Assembly (NCBI RefSeq): GCF_009914755.1
Contig: NC_060931.1
Direction: 5' to 3' (one strand)
DNA from: the human T2T-CHM13v2.0 reference genome, Homo sapiens
Length of the DNA: 64,000 bases
The notes beneath the pieces are model-generated. The model did no database searches and was not told the origin of the DNA. It saw only the letters and a list, made by a program, of their open reading frames with translations. Position 1 is the first letter of the stretch. Every line of letters starts with the position of its first letter. Positions 56,451-64,000 of this stretch are shown piece after piece. Both the position numbers and the translations under genes were made by a program.

Positions 56451-59279
56451 AGTAATTTCTTCTTAAAAGCATGAAAGTCCATTTCAGTCTTTGTATGTCT
56501 GTGAAAGAATAAGGTTATTAGATCTCAGGGCTTTTACAAAATTTGTATTTTATTTTAGATCTGGTATATATGTGCAGGACATGCAGGTTTAATTACATAA
56601 GTAAACATGTGCCATGGGGTGGTTTGCTGCACCTATCAACTCATCACCTATGTATTAAGCCCAGCATGCATTAGCTCTTTTCCCTAATGCTCTCCCCACC
56701 TTGTTTGCTGCACCTATCAACCTGTCACCTAGGTATTAAACCCAGCATGCATTAGCTATTTTCCCTAATGCTGTCACCACATTGTCCTCCCCCAACAGCC
56801 CCCAGTGAGTGTTGTTACCCTCCCTGTGTCCATGTGTTCTCATTGTTCAGCTCCTGCTTATGAGTGAGAACATGTCATGTTTGATTTTCTGTTCCTGTGT
56901 TACTTTACTGAGGATAATGACTTCCAGCTTCATCCATGTCCCTGCAAAGGATATGATCTCATTCCTTTCTATAACTGCATAGTATTCCATGGTATTTATG
57001 TACCACATTTTCTTTATCTGTTTTATCATTGATGGGCATTTGGGTTGATTCCATGTTGTTGCTATTGTGAATAGTGCTGCAATAAAATAAAAACACATGC
57101 ATGTATCTTTATATAATAGAATGATTTATATTCCTTTGGGTATATACCCAATAATGGGATTTCTGGGTCAAATGGTATTTCTTGTTCCAGGTCCTTGAGG
57201 AATCAACACACTGTCTTCCACAATGATTGAACTAATTTGCATTCCCCCCAACAGTGTAAAAGTGTTCCTGTTTCTTCACAGTCTCACCAGCATCTGTTGT
57301 TTCTTGACTTTTTAATAATTGCCATTCTGACTGGCATGAGATGGTATCTCATTGTGGTTTTAATTTGCATTTCTGTAATGATCAGTGATGTTGAGCTTTT
57401 TTTCATATATTAGTTGGCCTCATAAATGTCTTCTTTTGAGAAGTGTCTGTTCATGTCCTTTGCTCACTTTTTGATAGGGTTTTTTTTTTTTTTGTAAATG
57501 TGTTTATGTTTCTTGTAGATTCTGGATGTTAGATCTTTGTCAGATGGTTAGATTGCAACTGTTTTCTCCCATTCCGTTGATTGCCTGTTCACTCTGATGA
57601 TAGATTCTTTTGCTGTGCCAAAGCTCTTTAGTTCAATTAGGTTCCATTTGTCAACTTTTGCTTTTGTTTCAATTGCTTTTGATGTTTTGGTCATGAAATC
57701 TTTTCCCTTGCCTATATTCTGAATGGTATTGCCTAGGTTTTCTTCTAGAGTTGTTATATTTTGAGGCTTTACATTTAAGTCTTTAATCCCTCTTGAGTTA
57801 ATTTTTGTGTAAGATGTAAGGAAGGGGTCCAGTTTCAATTTTCTGCATATGGCTAACCAGTTTTCACAGAGCCATTTATTGAGTAGAGAATCCTTTTCCT
57901 ATTACTTGTTTTTGTCAGGTTTGTCAAAGATCGGATGGTTGTAGATGTGTGGTATTATTTCTGAGGTCTCTTTTCTGTTTCATTGGTCTGTGTCTGTTTT
58001 GGTACCAGTACCATGTTGTTTTGGTTACTGTAGCCTTGTAGTATAGTTTGAAGTTGGGTAGCATGATGCCTCAAGCTTTGTTATTTTTTGCTTAGGATTA
58101 TCTTGGCAATGCAGGCTCTTTTTTGGTTCCATATAAAATTTAAAGTAGGTTTTTTCTAATTCTGCAAAAAAAGTCACTGGTAGCTTGATAGGAATAGCAT
58201 TGAATGTATTAATTACTTTAGGCAGAATGGCCATTTTCACAATATTGATTCTTCATATCCATGAGCATGGAATGTTTTTCCATTTGTTTGTGTCCTCTCT
58301 TATTACTGTGAGCAGCAGTTTGTAGTTCTCCTTGAAGAGGTTCTTCACATCCCTTGTTAGCTGTATTCCTAGGTATTTTATTTTTTGTAGCAATTGTGAA
58401 TGGGAGTTCTTAGAAACCTACAAAGTGGCTTAGATCACCACACACTAATAGTGAGAGAATTTAACACCCCATTGTCAATATTAGACAGATCATCAAGACA
58501 GAAAATTAATACAGTTAGTCAGGACTTGAGCTCAGCTCTGGATCAGGTGGACCTGATAGATATCTACAGAATTATCCACCCCTAAACAACAGAATATACA
58601 GTCTTTACAGTGCCATATGACACTTACTCTAAAATTGATCACATAATTGGAAGTAAAACACTCCTCAGAAAATGCAAAAGAACTGAAATAATAACAAACA
58701 GTCTCTCAGACCACAGTGCAATCAAACTGGAACTCAAGATTAAGAAACTCACTCAAAGCCACATAAATACATGGAAATTGAAAAACCTGCACCTGATTGA
58801 CACCTGGGTAAATAATGGAATTAAGACAGAAATCAAGAAGTTATTTGAAACCAATGAGAACCAAGAGACAATGTACCAGAATCTCTGGAACAAAGCTAAA
58901 ACAGTGTTAAGAGGGAAATTTATAGCACTAAATGCCCACATATGAAAGCTAGAAAGAGCTCAAACTGACACCCTAACATCACAGCTGAAAGAACTAGAGA
59001 AGCAAGAACCAACAAATCCAGAGCTAGCAGAAGACAGAAATAACGAAGATCAGAGTGGAACTGAAAGAGATAGAGACACAAAAAAACCTTCAAAAAATAA
59101 ATGAATCCAGGACCTGTTTTTTTCCTGAAAAAATTAATTAAATAGATAGACTGCTATCTAGACTAATAAAGAAGAAAAAAGAATCAAATAGGCACAATAA
59201 AAATGATAAAGGGGATATCACCACAGACACTGCAGAAACACAAACAACAATCAGAGAATACTATAAATATCTCTATGCA

Positions 59280-59499
59280 GCTCTTAGTAATAGCATGATA
59301 GTCTTAGCTTCTTTGATTGCAAAATTCTTTAAATTGAGAAATATGTGTTTTTAAATACATAATATGTTTACTAAGAGCTACAAGTACAATTATCTGCAGT
59401 TTGGCTCCGTAGACAAAGTGAAAAATTTTGAATGAAATACTACATATTTCTTTAGCGTTTTAACATACAAATAAATTCAAATGACTCTTGGAAAAAAAA
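59280..59499 (+). pseudogene. Short retrocopy of an unidentified non-L1 polyadenylated 3' end
   Basis: AATAAA 59470-59475, A-tail 59492-59499, TSD aaatatctctatgca / aaaaatctttatgca; interrupts L1 ORF2. Confidence 0.8.
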
Positions 59500-59837
59500 T
59501 CTTTATGCAAATAATCTAGAAAACCTAGAAGAAATGGATAAATTCCTGGACACATACACCCTCCCAAGACTAAACCAGGAAGAAATTGAATCCCTGAATA
59601 GACCAATATCAAGTTCTGTAATTGAGGCAGTAATAAATAGCCTACCAACGAAAAAAAGCCCAGGACCAGATGAATTTACAGCCGAATTCTATCAGAGATA
59701 CAAAGAGGAGCCAGTACCATTTCTTCTGAAACTATTCCAAACAATTGAAAAGTAGGGACTTTTCCCTACCTCATTTTATGAGGTCAACATTATCCTGATA
59801 CTAAAACCTGGCAGAGATACAACAAAAAAAGAAAACT

Positions 59838-59950
59838 TATGGGTCAATAGGTGCAGCAAACCACCATGGCACACATAGACCTATGTAACAAATTTGCACG
59901 TTTTGCGCATGTGTCCTTTTCTTTTTAATTAAGAAGAAATAAAGAAAAGA
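59838..59950 (+). mobile_element. L1PA8A-like extreme 3' end nested in L1 ORF2
   Basis: ataggtgcagcaaaccaccatggc...agaagaaataaa; TSD aaaagaaaactt / aaaagaatactt. Confidence 0.88.
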
Positions 59951-60999
59951 AAAGAATACTTCATGCCAATATCCCTGATGAACATTGATGTGAAAATCCT
60001 GAATAAATACTGCAAACCAAATCCAGCAGCACATCAAAAAGCATATCCACCACAATCAAGTTAGCTTCATCCCTGGGATACAAGGCTGGTTCAACATATG
60101 CAAATCAATAAACATAATTCATCACATTACCTGTACTAATGACAAAAACCACATGATTATCTCAGTAGACACAGAGAAGGCCTTTGATAAAATTCAACAT
60201 CCCTTCATGTTAAAAACTCTTGGTAAACCGGGTATTGATGGAACATATATCAAAACAATAAGAGCCATTTATGACAAACCCACAGCCAATATCATACTGA
60301 ATGGGCAAAAGCTAGAAGCATTCCCTTTGAAAACCAGCACAGGACAAGGCTGCCGTCTCTCACCACTCCTGTTCAACATAGTAGTGGAAGTTCTGGCCAG
60401 GGCAATCAGGCAAGAGAAAGAAATAAAGGGCATTCAAATAGGAAGAGAGGAAGTAAAATTGTCTCTCTTCGCAGATGACATGATTGTATATCAAGGAAAT
60501 CCCATCATCTGAGCCCAAAATCTGCTTAGGCTGATAAGCAACTTCAGCAAAGTCTTAGGATACTAGATCAATATACAAAAATCACAAGCATTCTTATACA
60601 CCAACAATAGACAAGCAGAGAGCCAAATCATGAATGAGATCACAGTTATTTTTATCTCACAAACTGTACATGTTTTTTAGCCTTTCTTGTTCTCTGTATT
60701 GCAGATACAGTAGAAGGAAATAGTATACCTCTTTTATCTTTTTCAAGGCCTGAAATTGTATTTATTTTTCAATTTAAACACATTGCTGAAGTTGTTTCAA
60801 ATAGATATTTATCTCTCATATTAAAGGTGCCCAACAAGCTAAGTCATTTTAGTCTGAAGTATTTATTTGGCTCAGGGAAGTGTTCTATTAAAATTTATTT
60901 GATTATCTCTTCTCTATTGGTCTTTATATATTAAAGACATCTTGTCTCCTGATCAACAATAAAATTGGCACTTGGGGCGAGGACTCAATTTCATTTAAG

Positions 61000-62000
61000 A
61001 TCCTCAGGGGACTTTTCTACCATGAATTCTCTCTTTTTCTCCTTTCTCCAGCCTCTCTACTTGCACTTTGTAATCATTATATACATGTGCTTACAATTTA
61101 TACAATCATAAATAACCTTTTAATGGTATTTTTATCATTTGCATATAAAAGTCAATAGGGTCAACTCTTCTGTATTTCTTTATCCAATCAATACACCTCA
61201 TTCTGACTTCTAAAATAGCTTTCTTAAGTTTATCAATAAGTTGCTAGTTACAAACCCCAAATATTTTTAATCATTTTATCATTTGATACCCAGAATATTT
61301 GCGAGTTTTGGCCTCTCCTTTTCTCTTGAAACTTTTTTCTTTTACCTCCTGGGAAACCACTAACTTTTGCTTTGTTTCTCCTCCTTTTTTTGTGTTAGAT
61401 TTGTTTAATTTCCTTTGCAGGGTTATCTTCCTTCACTTTACTCAAAGGTTGGTTTGCCCAGAGTTTCATTTTTGTTTGTTCTCTTTACTTTAAACTTTCC
61501 CTATGTAAATATATTTAATTCCATATTTTCAAGTGGAAAATGATTTCTAAATTTATAGCTAATGTAGGGTGACTCTGCTGAGTTTTACCAGCCTCTTAAA
61601 ATAATTTTGTGTCTAGTTGAAAATAACAGGTAAAAATGGAAATGATTCTCTGCAGTCATTCCCTGCAACTAAACCTGCTTATCCCTTTTTTTCTAAATGT
61701 TGGTGACTGGTACTTTTTGGCACCTAGTTTTCTAGTAATCATCTAGGTTCATTCTAGATATTCCTATTTCAACAACCCCAAATCCAAATGATACTAAATT
61801 ATCCTGAGTTTTACTCAGTTAATAGTATTTAAACCCTTCCATTCTTAATCACATTTCTAATGCCCTGTAGCATTCATGAGGTCAAATCACTGATGATCTG
61901 AACACTCCTCAAAGGCCCCTTCTCGCAATACTGGTACAAGGGGATTTTTAGGGAACAAATTCAGACTATAGATCCTTGATATATCTTACTCATTTTTTAC
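61000..62000 (+). mobile_element. L2 fragment
   Basis: Pyrimidine-rich L2 motifs (ttctcttgaaactttt, atgatttctaaatttatagc, acccaaatccaaatga). Confidence 0.55.
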
Positions 62001-63144
62001 AATAAAGTGTGGAAACATCTTTTCCAAGAAGGCGTGCCTGATATCTAGCTGCTTCCATTTCACATAGTATGATTTGGGTTATCAATAATTACCTTGGGTT
62101 TCCGTGGTACCTTGGGGAAACCATTATCAGAGCTTTTGTGGCATGATATTCATTACTATTGATATTTTTTTCTTTGCATTTCTATCTGTGTGTTTCCCTA
62201 CTAGGTGCTGAACTGTTTAATGAGATGAAAGTGTCTTTTTAAAACAACTTATCTTGAAATAATTTTAGGTTTATAAAAGAATTACAAAAATAGTTCACCC
62301 AACTTATTCTCTTCATGTTAACCTGTCTCATAACACAACGTATTTATCAAAACAAATAAGATTTTATTAAGATTTCCCCAGTTGTTTCCCTAATGGCTTT
62401 CCACTTTGGATCTCTTAATGGCAAATTAGCCCCCTATTTACTTATCAGATTGTAGCTTTTTCTGTCTGCTAAGACACATTTAAACTAACACACAGTCTTT
62501 CAAATATGCTTTCATATTTCCCCTTCAATGTTAATCTTCCTGTTCTGCGTTTCTTTCCTGATTTAGACAATTGTATTTCTGTAAAATATCTAATTTGGAT
62601 TCCTTGATGGAGGACAAAATTGCCACATGTGACCAATCTATCATGGACAGCTAATACCCCAATTATGTAAGATATTATAAATTAAATATGAGGTTGGTTT
62701 GGTGATAAAACAGATAAAAATGGGCTAAGAGCTAACTTGTTACATTTGAGTGAGTTATTAAGAAACAAGAATCTGACAGGATCTGGGAAATGAGATTTTG
62801 TTTGTAAAGTTGATTGAAAAAAATTATAAATCACATTGGGAATCCATATGGATAAATCATCTATATATATAGCTCATATATATATCTATATCTATAATCT
62901 GCCCATCTATCATGAATCTATTACTAATGCCCCCTTGAAGTTGAGGACATAGAGGAAAGATAACTGAATCTGTTATTCATTTTCATATATAACAGTGAGT
63001 AGCAATATAGAAAGCCTTTCTTATTCTATCCCTCATTTGGTAATTATTTTTCTACAAGCAGTATTTAAATCATAAAAGAACAGAGAATAGAAACAGGGCA
63101 AGAGAAGCTGCTTTACAAGGGAACCAAAGTACAACAATTTACTG

Positions 63145-63368
63145 CAAGGGTTGGCAAACTTTTCCTATAGAAGCATAGAAAGTAAATACTTTAGGCTTTG
63201 CAGGTTATGTGTGTTATCTGTTGCAATTTTTCAGCCTTGCCATTATAACAGGAAAGCAGCCAGAAGTACCTAAACAGATGGGCATTACTGTGTTCAAATA
63301 AAACTTTATTTATAACAACAGGCAGAAGGCTAGATTTGGCCCAAGGTTGGTAGTTTTCTGACTCTTAA
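63145..63368. mobile_element. MER58A hAT-Charlie MITE
   Basis: caagggttggcaaacttttc...aataaaactttattta...gatttggccca. Confidence 0.85.
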
Positions 63369-63837
63369 TTTAGAAAGAACAGATTATATACAAGAAGAAA
63401 TCATTTCCAAAGTGCACAATAATTTCAGGACAGCAGTCTGGATGCTAGAAGCACTTAAAGTCCAAGTGCTCTGTCACTTAATGCACTATTTGCCATACTC
63501 TCTTATAGAAATAAAAACAAACCAGTTATCAATAAGCCACAGACTTCCTGCAACAATTTAAGTGACATTGAGGGATCTTAAAAGCTATAAGGAATATATT
63601 TGATATAATGATCTTACTCTTTCAAGGAATGACTTCATCTTGTCCGTTTGTCAATGAGAATATAAAAATGACTAAAATTTGTCCCTATTTTTTCACGATT
63701 TATGTTTGTTATCCAGCACTTGACTAGGAAGAAAGGACCAAAGAGAGACAATGTTTTCTCTTATACACATTGTTTGCACATTGCTCGTTAACACCTCCAG
63801 GACAGAGCATCACCGTGAAATTCTCTATTGAGCAGTA

Positions 63838-63866
63838 AAGAGAGACAGAGAGAGAGAGAGAGAGAA
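63838..63866. repeat. (GA)n microsatellite
   Basis: Directly visible. Confidence 0.9.
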
Positions 63867-64000
63867 GAAAAAAGAAACAACAGCCTGGAAGTAGCTTTTG
63901 TCTTTCATCACTATTCACTACTGAGATGGTAACTATAGTAAGTGGTAGGTGGTGGCACTAGAGCACTCTAATTTGTGTATGGGATTTGGGACGGAGGAGG

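Larger units (their letters stand above)
56540..60637 (-). mobile_element. L1PA8-like 5'-inverted insertion (minus 56540-58408; plus 58409-60637)
   Basis: Strand switch at ...aatgggagtt|cttagaaacc; both parts are contiguous in L1 consensus; degenerate TSD gatctcagggctttt / gatcacagttatttt. Confidence 0.92.
58409..60637 (+). pseudogene. Disrupted L1 ORF2p (endonuclease C-term to reverse transcriptase)
   Basis: ORF track fragments [21 protein letters not shown] (EN), [13 protein letters not shown] (Z), [19 protein letters not shown] (RT); multiple stops and insertions. Confidence 0.92.

Noticed and set aside
60153-60512. ORF with reverse transcriptase motif LFADDM
   Set aside because: Fragment of dead L1 ORF2p; not a retron or novel RT system.

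Overview
AT-rich, CpG-poor primate genomic DNA, probably great ape/human (Alu SINEs plus an L1PA2-type 3' end). It is intergenic or deep intronic, and roughly half is recognisable transposon remnants: L1 of many ages, L2, MIR, Alu, MaLR/ERVL/ERV1 LTRs, and Tigger/hAT MITEs. I find no intact protein-coding gene, RNA gene, CpG island or CRISPR. The only ORFs resembling a real protein are broken L1 ORF2p pieces. Subfamily names come from recalled consensus sequences and need RepeatMasker/Dfam confirmation. I cannot support a new biological 'system'. The structures that ordinary repeat annotation would not explain are: (1) an interlocked double inverted duplication A'-B-A...B' at 14.6-16.6 kb with a perfect 46-bp core; (2) an inverted repeat of non-TE-looking sequence at 4.55-5.06 kb enclosing splice-site-like motifs; (3) a ~220-bp polyadenylated, apparently twin-primed retrocopy of an unidentified non-L1 transcript nested inside a twin-primed L1; (4) a cluster of 5'-inverted L1 insertions at 50-61 kb; (5) an old L1MC that keeps both ends and a TSD but has lost its whole interior.
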